A DNA stretch of 56,051 nucleotides, from positions 1 to 56,051 of the IMG/VR virus record IMGVR_UViG_3300031673_016563; one strand, given 5' to 3'. The position numbers and the translations under genes were made by a program. Of this stretch, positions 46,055-55,700 are shown piece by piece. How positions within the stretch are numbered: the first letter of the stretch is position 1; each line of letters starts with the position of its first letter. The notes under the pieces are model-generated. The model did not search any database. It saw only the letters and a list, made by a program, of their open reading frames with translations, and was not told the origin of the DNA. Origin of the DNA: a virus. Taxonomy: Duplodnaviria > Caudoviricetes.

Positions 46055-48349
46055 GTGGGTCAGAAAAGATCTCTTGAGGAGGCTAAAAAATTATTCCTAG
46101 ATTCAGGGGTTACACCATTATTTAGTGAGTATACTTCTGCTAACAAGCCTTTAGGATATAGATGCTCCTGTGGGCGAGAGGATAGTATGTCAATAAGTTC
46201 TTTATTTAGATCATTGAAGAACTTTCCTACACTCAAATGCAAGAGATGTAGATTAAATGATCTAGAGAAATTTAGAGCTCAAGATAATGAAAGTAGAATA
46301 AGGAATCAATTCCCGGAAGTAGAAATACTAGATATAATTCCTGGAAAATACGGAGTACATCCTATTAAGATAATATATATCTGCCCAATATGTGGGGATA
46401 AATCAAGCATATACTATAAAAAACATTTGTCTAGTCTTATATGTAAGAAATGCTCCAGAAAATCTATAATTGAGAAACAGAGATTAGATCAATTAGAGGT
46501 GAAAAGTTTATTTGAAGTACATAATGCTATTTTGTATTCTGAGTATAAACACACTAATCAAAAATTGATATTTAGATGTGAATGTGGAAATATAGGAGGT
46601 ATAATGCTTACAAATTTAAAGTATAAAGGGGTAAAGCCTCTTTGTAAGCAATGTCAATTGAAATATTCTTATCTTAGGGGGGAGAATAGTCCTAGTTGGA
46701 ATCCAAATCTTACTGAGGAGAGTAGATCAAATTGGGGAAGATCCTCTGAGGATAAGCAATGGTATAATCAAATCTTTGAGCAGTTCAATTATACTTGTTT
46801 TGTATCAGGACGGAGGAATATCCCCTTGTCAGCGCATCATCTTAATCCTTACTCAAGATATCCTGAATTAAGATTAGACTTGGATAATGGTATTTGTATT
46901 AGTAGAGAGCTACATCTGAAATTTCATAGGGAGTATTCATATATTAATATGACGATAGAAGATTTTTGTGAGTTTTTTCGGAAGGAGACAGGAGAAGATT
47001 TCAAATTTTATTATGATACGAACAATAAATTATGGAGAGAGAAAAAGATGAGTTCATTACAAGAAAAAGGTAAAAGGGTTAGACATTCCACGGAATCTAT
47101 AAAAAGAGATTTTTTGAAATATGGGGCAGAGCCATTATTTGAGGAATATAAGAATATTAGAGAAGAATTGGGATATAGATGCTTCTGTGGTAATATATCT
47201 TTTACCACTTGCGAACAATTTTACATGCATATACGAAAATATCCTAGATATAAGTTGATGTGTCAAAGTTGCACTTGTAAAGAAGCTTTGAACAATAAGA
47301 GAGATAATTTCTTTGAGCATACAATAAAGCCATATTTCCTAGAAAGAGGGGTGAGGCTATTATCCGAGACATATGAGAATAATCATACCCCTTTAAGATT
47401 TATATGTTCATGTGGAAAGGAAAGTTTAGTAACTTGGATATCCTTAAAAAATAACAATTGCTTAAAGTGTAAGGATTGCCAAGCCTCGGATAAATCTAAG
47501 AGAGTGGAGCAAGATAGTATAAGACATATTGCCTCAAAGGTAGAGGATAATGCTATAACTCAATTTAAGGATTTTTGCGAGGAGTATAAAAATATTTCCT
47601 CACTAGAGAAGGGTACGATAATAGAATTTATTGAGGGGACACCTCACCCCAGTTACTTGCTTAATAAGAAGAAGGAGTATAGTGATCAGGGTAGAAATTA
47701 TATTCCATTTTTTGCGCCTGAAATTCGAATGAAACACGATATTGTTTTGAGTATGTCTCGATATAAGTGGAGGGATATACAAAATAAAATCTTTGCAAGG
47801 AAATTGAGAATTGTTGAGGTGAAGGATTTTCAAAAGGTGAGTAGATTTCTAGATGAAAATCATATACAAGGCTCTACTGTATCCAGCATCAATCTTGCAT
47901 TAATGAATGGGGATGATATGGTATCCCTTATGACGTTCAATAAGGAATCTAAGAAAGGGGATAAAGAATTTTCATTGCAGCGGTTCTGTAGCAAGATAAA
48001 TACCATTGTTGTGGGGGGAGCTTCAAAATTATTTAAATATTTTGTTAAAGAATATGATCCTCTCAAGATAACAACCTATGGGGATGTTAGATTCTCGGAA
48101 TTAGTACCTCAGAATTCGATATATTTCCGGTTAGGGTTTAAGTATTCTCATACATCAAAACCTAATTATTGGTATACTAGTGATGGTCTGAATATGATTT
48201 TCAGAAGGAAATTTCAAAGGAAATATTTACCCAAGATATTTAAAAAGGAGTATGATTCAACTTTATCCGAGAGAGATATCATGTTAGCTGAGGGATATCA
48301 AAGATTATACGATTGTGGAAACCACGTATTCATCTATGAGAAGAATTAA
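46055..48349 (+). CDS. Zn-ribbon-array HNH endonuclease fused to a Hef-like domain
   Basis: five CxC/CxxC modules; CFVSG..LSAHHL..NGICI..LH..FH; C-terminal IFARK, FLDENHIQG, RFCSK..VVGGASKL, PNYWY, YDCGN. Confidence 0.8.
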   Translation: MGQKRSLEEAKKLFLDSGVTPLFSEYTSANKPLGYRCSCGREDSMSISSLFRSLKNFPTLKCKRCRLNDLEKFRAQDNESRIRNQFPEVEILDIIPGKYGVHPIKIIYICPICGDKSSIYYKKHLSSLICKKCSRKSIIEKQRLDQLEVKSLFEVHNAILYSEYKHTNQKLIFRCECGNIGGIMLTNLKYKGVKPLCKQCQLKYSYLRGENSPSWNPNLTEESRSNWGRSSEDKQWYNQIFEQFNYTCFVSGRRNIPLSAHHLNPYSRYPELRLDLDNGICISRELHLKFHREYSYINMTIEDFCEFFRKETGEDFKFYYDTNNKLWREKKMSSLQEKGKRVRHSTESIKRDFLKYGAEPLFEEYKNIREELGYRCFCGNISFTTCEQFYMHIRKYPRYKLMCQSCTCKEALNNKRDNFFEHTIKPYFLERGVRLLSETYENNHTPLRFICSCGKESLVTWISLKNNNCLKCKDCQASDKSKRVEQDSIRHIASKVEDNAITQFKDFCEEYKNISSLEKGTIIEFIEGTPHPSYLLNKKKEYSDQGRNYIPFFAPEIRMKHDIVLSMSRYKWRDIQNKIFARKLRIVEVKDFQKVSRFLDENHIQGSTVSSINLALMNGDDMVSLMTFNKESKKGDKEFSLQRFCSKINTIVVGGASKLFKYFVKEYDPLKITTYGDVRFSELVPQNSIYFRLGFKYSHTSKPNYWYTSDGLNMIFRRKFQRKYLPKIFKKEYDSTLSERDIMLAEGYQRLYDCGNHVFIYEKN

Positions 48350-48438
48350 GATCTCATTTTTCCTCCAATTTTGTAATGATATGTTAAAATATAACTAAGA
48401 ATACAATTATAAATTATAAAATTGGAGGATTTTTTGTC

Positions 48439-48855
48439 ATGGAGTATGAGGTATTAGTGTCATTTTCACATAAGTTAAATGAAAGGCGTATTGAATTATC
48501 TAAGAAGAATGTTATAACTGAAGAGGATATACAGGCTCCTATATTAAGATGGGCCTTGGCTAATAAATTTTTGAAGGCTAAGGGTATTGTGGAAAAAGCC
48601 GTTGTAGAAGGTGCTTCTAAAGAGGTTAAAGATCCTAAAGAGAAAATGAAAATTAATCGTGGATCTACTAAGGAGGCTTCAATGATCAATGAAGTGGAAA
48701 CTGTGATACCTATCAAAAGAAGTTTTGATTTAAGTAAAGAAGGATTAAAAGATTTGTCTAAGGATGAATTAAAATCAATTGCAAATCAATTGGGAATATC
48801 AAAAAGGGGATCGGAGAAGACTTTAATTAATAACATCTTAAATTCAGGGGTATAA
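48439..48855 (+). CDS. hypothetical protein with C-terminal Rho-N/SAP-like helix-extension-helix
   Basis: LKDLSKDELKSIANQLGI..RGSEKTLI..I. Confidence 0.6.
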   Translation: MEYEVLVSFSHKLNERRIELSKKNVITEEDIQAPILRWALANKFLKAKGIVEKAVVEGASKEVKDPKEKMKINRGSTKEASMINEVETVIPIKRSFDLSKEGLKDLSKDELKSIANQLGISKRGSEKTLINNILNSGV

Positions 48856-48860
48856 AAAAA

Positions 48861-49202
48861 ATGAAAAAATTAAATTTAGAAAAGGAAAGAGAATTTTTGG
48901 CGGGAATAAGTAGACAGGCTTCAGACCATTCCATAATGAATTATATTATTCCGGAGAAGGATTTCTTGAATATTGCTATTGGGAAGAAAGGCATTATGGA
49001 TGAGGAATCACAAAAATTATTGATCCAGGTATATACTACTTTAAAAAACAAATTGAAATTATCCGATAGTGAGAATGAGGCTTTAAATAAAATTAGGAGC
49101 AGCATTGGACGCGGAAAAGATCTGAGTCCCGCTGAGCATAGAAATCAAATTTTTCATGCCGCAAGCGAGCTGGGTATCAGACTACCCAGTAGTAGCTTTT
49201 AA
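48861..49202 (+). CDS. hypothetical protein with MKKLNL N-terminus
   Basis: 113 aa ORF; shared N-terminal motif. Confidence 0.65.
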   Translation: MKKLNLEKEREFLAGISRQASDHSIMNYIIPEKDFLNIAIGKKGIMDEESQKLLIQVYTTLKNKLKLSDSENEALNKIRSSIGRGKDLSPAEHRNQIFHAASELGIRLPSSSF

Positions 49203-49529
49203 GAAATAAATTAAGTTTGGATTATGTATGAAGAGCTGAGAAATCAAAATATTCTTCAGCTCTTTGATGAATAGATTTTTAAATTGGTTGAATTAGAGAA
49301 GTGTGGGGTTGTATTAAGAGTGTAGGAATTAAAGAACTTTATGCAATTTTATGGGAGACTTGGTTTCAGAATAAATTAAAGAATCCTGCTAAGACTTGGT
49401 TTGAAAATTGTACAAGATCATTTGGCTGAATTTGATAATTATTATATTCCATATTTAAAAGAGATGGAAGAGAAGGCAGCTAAAGAATCAGGCCAGGTAT
49501 TAGATTAAATATACTTACATAGGAGGCAT

Positions 49530-50126
49530 ATGAGAAAACTTAGAATTATATCAAAGAAAATGGGGGTCGAGGGGCCTAATGGAAATATCCTGATAGAATA
49601 TGAGTGGAGAACGGTTGAGGGTGAGAAGTGGAGTGACTATGAGGGAGGCATGGTTGCTACAAGGGTAAGTGATTGGGATCGGTCTGAGAAATGCATTACC
49701 TGTAATAGAAGAATTGTTCATATATTCTGGGTTCAAGATAAAGATAATGGAAGAGTTTCCTCTTATGGTAAGGAGCATTTGCATTTAGCTTTAGGATTCA
49801 AGAATGAATTATCCAAATCTCAGATAGATAATTATAAGTCTAAATTTGAGGATATCACTAGGATGCGGGGGATAAGAAAGGATGAGCTTCTAAATAGATC
49901 CGAACCTTATTTTTTTGATTCGGTTAGGAGTATGCGGAAATTAACAGGATTTTCGGATGTTGCAGATAAAATAGGGTGGACTACTTTGTTTAGAATTAAG
50001 GATGGCAGATTTATTACCATTCTTAATGATAGCGAGGAGGATCTAGATATTCTTAAAAAGGAGAGGTTTAAAAAGATTGACCCTCAAGAAGCTAGAAAAC
50101 TTAATAAGTTCAGTTTGAATAATTAG
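49530..50126 (+). CDS. hypothetical protein with MRKLRII N-terminus
   Basis: AGGAGG SD; CITC. Confidence 0.7.
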   Translation: MRKLRIISKKMGVEGPNGNILIEYEWRTVEGEKWSDYEGGMVATRVSDWDRSEKCITCNRRIVHIFWVQDKDNGRVSSYGKEHLHLALGFKNELSKSQIDNYKSKFEDITRMRGIRKDELLNRSEPYFFDSVRSMRKLTGFSDVADKIGWTTLFRIKDGRFITILNDSEEDLDILKKERFKKIDPQEARKLNKFSLNN

Positions 50127-50141
50127 AAGGAGGGATTAACA

Positions 50142-50507
50142 ATGGGTATATCGGAATCAGATTTGAAATATCTTGCCAGCATATCAGATGCGTCAGGGGA
50201 AGTAGGTAAAAAGATTTACAACCAAATAAAATCTATTGATACTATGGCTCTTCCGGCGTGGGGAGCTAAGAATATGATAATATTGGATAAGGGTAAGACT
50301 CAAGATGTGGGGGATTACCTTGGGGGATTTCAATTTGATGCTAAAGGGGTTGATTTCAAAGGAAGGGTTATAATTTATCTTAAACCTGATGATACCTATA
50401 CTATATTATTTGGTAAGTTGAGAGGTACGAATTGGAATCCTTTAAAAAAAATTGATGGTGTAGTGGTGTATAATTTAGTATCCGCGATAAATGAGTATGT
50501 AAAATAA
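50142..50507 (+). CDS. hypothetical protein
   Basis: AGGAGG SD, 121 aa ORF. Confidence 0.7.
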   Translation: MGISESDLKYLASISDASGEVGKKIYNQIKSIDTMALPAWGAKNMIILDKGKTQDVGDYLGGFQFDAKGVDFKGRVIIYLKPDDTYTILFGKLRGTNWNPLKKIDGVVVYNLVSAINEYVK

Positions 50508-50535
50508 TTTTGATCAAAATCGAATATATAATAAA
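50498..50535 (+). promoter_or_regulatory. conserved bipartite promoter-like motif, copy 7
   Basis: TGTAAAATAATT...ATCGAATATATAATAAA, 21-nt offset. Confidence 0.6.
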
Positions 50536-50549
50536 GGAGGAATTAAAAA

Positions 50550-50912
50550 ATGAGGAAATTAAATATAGTAGCTGCTAATCAAAATAAACTTGTGGGAATT
50601 ACATTATACGACTCTCTTACAAAATCGGATAAATTATACACTTTCACGGACGGCAAAGGTAATTATGCGTTAACTCATGGGGATGCCATTTGGTGGGCGG
50701 ATAATAGTAATAAGTCCTTATTGGTGAAGGAGGATAAAGTGGATGGTAAGCCAAAGAAATCATCCTCTCCCGAATATAGTGTGGCCGAGGTTAGTGGTAA
50801 ATTAGGGATTTATGATCTGGACATCTTGGATATGGTTGTAGGGCCTTATAAGAATATGGATCTCATTGAGGGGGATGTTTTCGGTAGGGGTCATTTACCC
50901 CCTAAGGTTTGA
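50550..50912 (+). CDS. hypothetical protein with MRKLNIV N-terminus
   Basis: AGGAGG SD. Confidence 0.7.
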   Translation: MRKLNIVAANQNKLVGITLYDSLTKSDKLYTFTDGKGNYALTHGDAIWWADNSNKSLLVKEDKVDGKPKKSSSPEYSVAEVSGKLGIYDLDILDMVVGPYKNMDLIEGDVFGRGHLPPKV

Positions 50913-51005
50913 GACAATTTGACTTTTGAAAAATAATAACTTTAAATTGTTATTTATGTTATAATATGTTTAGGTGTATATTAAAAATAGGAAAGGATAA
51001 AAAAA

Positions 51006-51314
51006 ATGAGAAAATTATCTATTATTGAGGCTAAGACTGCTGAAAATGACAAGGATAAATTGTTAAGGATAGAACTACAAAAGAAGAAATTGAGACAAGA
51101 TATTGCTAGGCCTAAATTGAAACGAGAAATTGCTAAGATTAACAGTAATTTAAAGGATTTAGCTAAAGAGGTGGATAAAACTGATCTAAATAAAGATGCT
51201 ATAGATCAAATAATAGAGAGCACTATAGAATCTTTGAAAAGTGCAAAATCTTATATTAGCTTTGGAATCAAACTAGATAGAATCAAACCTGAGGATTGGA
51301 TTAAATATGATTAA
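51006..51314 (+). CDS. coiled-coil hypothetical protein with MRKLSII N-terminus
   Basis: AAGGA SD. Confidence 0.7.
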   Translation: MRKLSIIEAKTAENDKDKLLRIELQKKKLRQDIARPKLKREIAKINSNLKDLAKEVDKTDLNKDAIDQIIESTIESLKSAKSYISFGIKLDRIKPEDWIKYD

Positions 51315-51418
51315 ATTCGATAGAATTTGAATAAATATAGAAGGAAGATAAAAATAAGAAATCTATCAATGAGCTTAAATAATACTTTAATGAGCATTTT
51401 GAACAGAATGATTAAGAT

Positions 51419-52099
51419 ATGACATTACGAGATTTGGTGAGTCTTACCACATATGAATTAAATCATGAACGAGCGAGCAATTCCAAGGTCTTGAAGATAA
51501 GACCACGAAAGAATTTTAAAAGATTTTCTTTCGTGGTCAAAGGTAACGAGGATTGGTCTAGTAAAACTGGATGGGTGTCCACACTCTTATACCCATCCCT
51601 AAAGGAGGAGGATTTTGAGAGAGGCAGCGGAGTAACTCCTATGGACTCCGATGTCCTTGTGTATTGTACTTGTGATGCTTATTTATACTGGGGGAGTAAA
51701 TATTGGGGAACTCAAGATGATTATAATATCAAGGTTTATAAAGAGAATAGACCTCCCTACGTAAGAGATCCACATAAAGAGCGTTATGTGTGCAAACATA
51801 TAATTCGAGCTTCAAGATATATGAGGAAAAAAGGTTTTAATTATTTCAGCCCTAAAATTTTAAATAATTCCTCTTCAAAAGAGTTTGCTAGTATGGATCA
51901 TATGAGATCTATTATATCCCAATTCATGAGGAAGAGATATAATGCTTCTAATGAGGATGTTGATAATATTATTCTTTCTTTAAATGAAGATAATCTTGAG
52001 AGCAGACTTGAAGAGTGTGGGATATATCCCACACTAAGATCCGAGGAGGGTAGGAGTAGTTTGTTAGATAGTATTATCAATAAGGATGTATTATGGTAA
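51419..52099 (+). CDS. SWIM zinc-finger protein
   Basis: VYCTCDAYLYWG...VCKHI. Confidence 0.7.
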   Translation: MTLRDLVSLTTYELNHERASNSKVLKIRPRKNFKRFSFVVKGNEDWSSKTGWVSTLLYPSLKEEDFERGSGVTPMDSDVLVYCTCDAYLYWGSKYWGTQDDYNIKVYKENRPPYVRDPHKERYVCKHIIRASRYMRKKGFNYFSPKILNNSSSKEFASMDHMRSIISQFMRKRYNASNEDVDNIILSLNEDNLESRLEECGIYPTLRSEEGRSSLLDSIINKDVLW

Positions 52100-52932
52100 C
52101 AAAGGTGACTTGTTTAGGGAAGATACAAAGATTTCCTGGGCATAGAACGGTAGATTTTGAGGCGTATATGAAGGAAAATAATGTCATGCCGTTAAAGGAT
52201 TACGAAGGATATAACTCCCATATAACTTATGCATGTAAGAGATGCTCTAAACCAACTATCACTAAATTTTCTTCTTTAAGAATGAGTAAGAATAAATTAT
52301 TTTTGTGTGAGGAGTGTAGAAAGATATGGTTACGGGAGTTGACAATCAAGAAGGGTCAAGCTCTTACTCAAGATAAAATGGATAAATATTTTAAAAAATA
52401 CAATTGTAAATTAGTTGGTCAATATGTGAATAATGGTTCAAAAATGCGATTTATATGCTCCTGTGGAGAAGAGGGTATAACTAGTTGGGTTTGTTTGAGA
52501 TATGGTAGGTCAGTCCCTAGATGCAAGATTTGTAGGTCTAAAAATGCTCACTTTAGACCTGGAAAGGATCACCCTAATTATAATCATGAATTAACGGATG
52601 CGGATAGAAAATGTGGGAGGAGAAAAGAGGGGGATGTAGCTTGGAAACGTAAAATATTATCTCGTGGTAAATGTTGTATTACAGGGGATACTAAAGGCCC
52701 ATTTTCAGCACATCATTTGTTAAGTTATAGGAGATTTCCGGATAAGAGAACGGACCTTAATAATGGAGTATGCATATTAAGACGATTACATATTAAATTT
52801 CATACTATATATGGATATACCAAGTTTACTCCTCAAGATTTCCATGTTTTTGCTACGCAGGAACATGGAAATCTTACACTCTATTGTAATGAGGAGAAGG
52901 AAGTATCTTTATTGAAAGGGAGTGGGATATAG
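52093..52932 (+). CDS. Zn-ribbon HNH endonuclease (two modules)
   Basis: CKRC..CEEC, FICSCG..CKIC, GKDHPNY, CCITG..SAHHL..NGVCI..LH..FH..YG. Confidence 0.8.
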   Translation: MVTKVTCLGKIQRFPGHRTVDFEAYMKENNVMPLKDYEGYNSHITYACKRCSKPTITKFSSLRMSKNKLFLCEECRKIWLRELTIKKGQALTQDKMDKYFKKYNCKLVGQYVNNGSKMRFICSCGEEGITSWVCLRYGRSVPRCKICRSKNAHFRPGKDHPNYNHELTDADRKCGRRKEGDVAWKRKILSRGKCCITGDTKGPFSAHHLLSYRRFPDKRTDLNNGVCILRRLHIKFHTIYGYTKFTPQDFHVFATQEHGNLTLYCNEEKEVSLLKGSGI

Positions 52933-52935
52933 AGA

Positions 52936-53619
52936 ATGACGGATCAAGAGATTTTGAATGCTATATGTGGTTTTTTTGGAGCAGCTACAGCCACAGTGGC
53001 TAATAAATTGGTGAATTCTTCCGCTACATTTGTGACTGATGGTATAGTAGCCGGAGATTTATTAATTAATAGAACGGATGCTACGAGTACGATTGTATTA
53101 GCTATTGATAGTGAAACAACTCTCTCGGTTCGGGATGATATTTTTGTATCCGGGGAGGAGTATTTGATTGCAGGTCATTTGGAGAAACGGTGGCGATTCA
53201 GTAAGCAAGATAATTTATTAGATCAGCCTCCTCTTAAAGAAGAATTAGAGGAAACAGTGGGTAGTGCTCTTGGGGAAATAAATGCTTATCCCCCTGTGAC
53301 CTCTTGGACTTTGAGTGAATGTTATGAGGATATCGTGGGAGGCCGGAGAAGTTTACTATTGTATGGTTCTGCTAAAAATGTAGTACAACTCCTTTTAAAT
53401 CACTGGCAACAAGAGGGGTTTGATGCCATACTAGGATCGTTGCAAGCTAACTCAAAATTCGGTGATTATTCTTCCATGTACTCACAGATAGAATCAACTT
53501 TCAATGAGAGATTAGAAAAATTAAAAACTGCTAAGGGCAAATATATTAAAAGAGCTACAGTATCTGATAATACTGCGAATATATTAAGTACAACTCATTT
53601 CTGGGGGTTTAGGTGGTAG
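52936..53619 (+). CDS. hypothetical virion protein, possible head-tail connector
   Basis: position after capsid module; A..EIN..PP.T motif; beta-rich N-terminal insert. Confidence 0.45.
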   Translation: MTDQEILNAICGFFGAATATVANKLVNSSATFVTDGIVAGDLLINRTDATSTIVLAIDSETTLSVRDDIFVSGEEYLIAGHLEKRWRFSKQDNLLDQPPLKEELEETVGSALGEINAYPPVTSWTLSECYEDIVGGRRSLLLYGSAKNVVQLLLNHWQQEGFDAILGSLQANSKFGDYSSMYSQIESTFNERLEKLKTAKGKYIKRATVSDNTANILSTTHFWGFRW

Positions 53620-53622
53620 AAT

Positions 53623-54984
53623 ATGGGGGCTAGTAAATGGAATTCGGAAACAGTTTCGCAGTGGTTTAGGGATAAGAATAGTGAATTGCTATCTGAATAT
53701 AAAAATTTGAAGGATAAAATAAGATTCAAATGCTCTAGATGTGGGGAAAATGCTGAGTATCATAGTTTTGATGCATTAAAGGGATATAATTCAAAATGTT
53801 TGTGTAAGAATTGTAATAAAGAAAATAGAGGTAAACATAATGCTTTAGATCCTGAGAGAGTTAAAAAATGGTTTATAGATAGGGGCAGTGAGTTATTATC
53901 CGAGTATGTATCCTCTAGTAGGAGGATTATATTTAAGTGTTCAAAATGTGGAAGTATAGCTGAGCATTCAAATTTAACCAATTTCAGAATTAGGAGATCA
54001 GATTGTCTCTGTAAGAAATGCGCTAGGGAAAAACAAGATCAAGGAAATAGATTATCTCAAAAAGAAGTAGAGAAATGGTTTATAGATAGGGGCAGTGAGT
54101 TATTATCCGAGTATAAGAATAATTCTACTAAGATAATTTTTAAATGCTCAAGATGTGGGAGTATTGGAGAAAACTATAGTTTCAATAATATGAAGGGAAA
54201 AGACTCTCAATGTCTCTGCACAAAATGTGCGAGGGATAATACGGTAGCTTCAAGAAAAGTTACAAAAGATCGAGTTGAGATATGGATGAGAGAACATAAC
54301 TCAAAATTATTAAAATTTACAGGCAATAGAGATGAAATTCATTATATATGCTCGAAATGCGGTATGAATGCGATATATAGTAATTTTATTCACTTAAGGG
54401 AAAGAAATTCCGATTGTTTATGTAGGGAGTGTATAAAAAAAGGATTCACTGAAAAGAGAAGGCTTCCTGAATCCGATGTGAGACAATGGTTTTTGGATCG
54501 TAATTCAGAATTATTATCACCATATGAGGGAATAGATTCAGAAATTACTTATAAATGCTCTAATTGTGGGGTATCCGCTAAGGGTTATTCATTCTATAAC
54601 TTCAGAAGTCGAAATTCGAAATGTTTATGTGGAGTATGCAGAAAGATTTTTGTATCCGGGGAGAATAATAATTTTTGGAGTCTCACTTTAGATGATAGCA
54701 AGAGACGGAGTTTCAGAAAATATAACAACCCGTGGTATTTACCTTGGAAGAAGGCTGTATTGCGAGAACATAACTATACTTGCACTATTACGGGGGAGAA
54801 TAAAGGAGATATAGTTATCCATCATTTATATAATTGGGCCGATTTCCCGGAACAGAGAGTATTTTTAAGTAATGGGGTAGTAATTAGACGGGATCTTCAT
54901 AAGGAGTTTCACGAGATATATGGTAGGAGGAATAACACTCCGGAACAGTTTATGGAGTTTGTGGAGAGGTATTATGTCAATTAA
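53623..54984 (+). CDS. Zn-ribbon-array HNH endonuclease (five modules)
   Basis: five ~69-aa W[FM]....S.LL...[FY].CS.CG...CLC..C units, then CTITG..VIHHL..NGV.I..LH.EFH..YG. Confidence 0.85.
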   Translation: MGASKWNSETVSQWFRDKNSELLSEYKNLKDKIRFKCSRCGENAEYHSFDALKGYNSKCLCKNCNKENRGKHNALDPERVKKWFIDRGSELLSEYVSSSRRIIFKCSKCGSIAEHSNLTNFRIRRSDCLCKKCAREKQDQGNRLSQKEVEKWFIDRGSELLSEYKNNSTKIIFKCSRCGSIGENYSFNNMKGKDSQCLCTKCARDNTVASRKVTKDRVEIWMREHNSKLLKFTGNRDEIHYICSKCGMNAIYSNFIHLRERNSDCLCRECIKKGFTEKRRLPESDVRQWFLDRNSELLSPYEGIDSEITYKCSNCGVSAKGYSFYNFRSRNSKCLCGVCRKIFVSGENNNFWSLTLDDSKRRSFRKYNNPWYLPWKKAVLREHNYTCTITGENKGDIVIHHLYNWADFPEQRVFLSNGVVIRRDLHKEFHEIYGRRNNTPEQFMEFVERYYVN

Positions 54985-55468
54985 GAGCCTGACTGATTAT
55001 GAACTCCTACTAAAAGAGAAGGTTGCATATAAAACTATAGTATTTTTTCTGAAGAAATTTGGATTGAATGTTACAATAATAAGAGAGAAGAACAACGCTG
55101 AGAGACAAGAGGAGAATGCAGAACCCGTAAGTTCCTTAACGGATGCGGCTATTTCAGTTTATGGGGAGTTTAGCGGAGTATCCCCAGCGAAAGCCAATGC
55201 GGGGGATACCGATGTTGATCTTGTAAATGTGGCTTTTCCCGCCAGAGTTCTATTTACGAATATACTATCTAATCCCTATGATGCCGCTGCTTCGGGGGAT
55301 TTTGAGGAGCAGGTCATATATACTTTTGATGATATAACTACTAATGATAGGATTGAATTGACCAGTACGGACGGGTCTAAAAAATATTATCTAGTGATGG
55401 AGCCACAAGTAATGGGCAAAACTGTGGACATTTATAAGAGTTTCAAGGTCGTAAATATAGGGGAGTAA
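54974..55468 (+). CDS. hypothetical protein, possible head-completion protein
   Basis: GAGG SD before ATG 54974; position in structural module. Confidence 0.5.
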   Translation: MSIKSLTDYELLLKEKVAYKTIVFFLKKFGLNVTIIREKNNAERQEENAEPVSSLTDAAISVYGEFSGVSPAKANAGDTDVDLVNVAFPARVLFTNILSNPYDAAASGDFEEQVIYTFDDITTNDRIELTSTDGSKKYYLVMEPQVMGKTVDIYKSFKVVNIGE

Positions 55469-55470
55469 GA

Positions 55471-55680
55471 ATGAGAAAGCTTATCATTATTGGAAATCAA
55501 GCAGGAGATATGTTGAGAGTGAGAAAGCTTTTGAAGCACTTTTATGATAAAGATCGTGGGGATATGAAAAAAGTGAGGAATGATCTTGTTAATCATGTTG
55601 TGAATAATGCATACGTTAGAGAATCAAATGAATTTATAGATTTATTGTGGGAGGAATTTAATAAAATATTCGTAAGTTGA
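55471..55680 (+). CDS. small protein with MRKLIII N-terminus
   Basis: GGGAG SD. Confidence 0.65.
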   Translation: MRKLIIIGNQAGDMLRVRKLLKHFYDKDRGDMKKVRNDLVNHVVNNAYVRESNEFIDLLWEEFNKIFVS

Positions 55681-55700
55681 GAGAAGGAATGGAGATAAAG

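Noticed and set aside
49203-49529. Gene or ncRNA in the gap after the 48861 ORF
   Set aside because: The ATG-led frame has several stops; only an AAGAGCTGA/TCAGCTCTT hairpin and a short AGACTTGGTTT repeat are visible, not enough to call.
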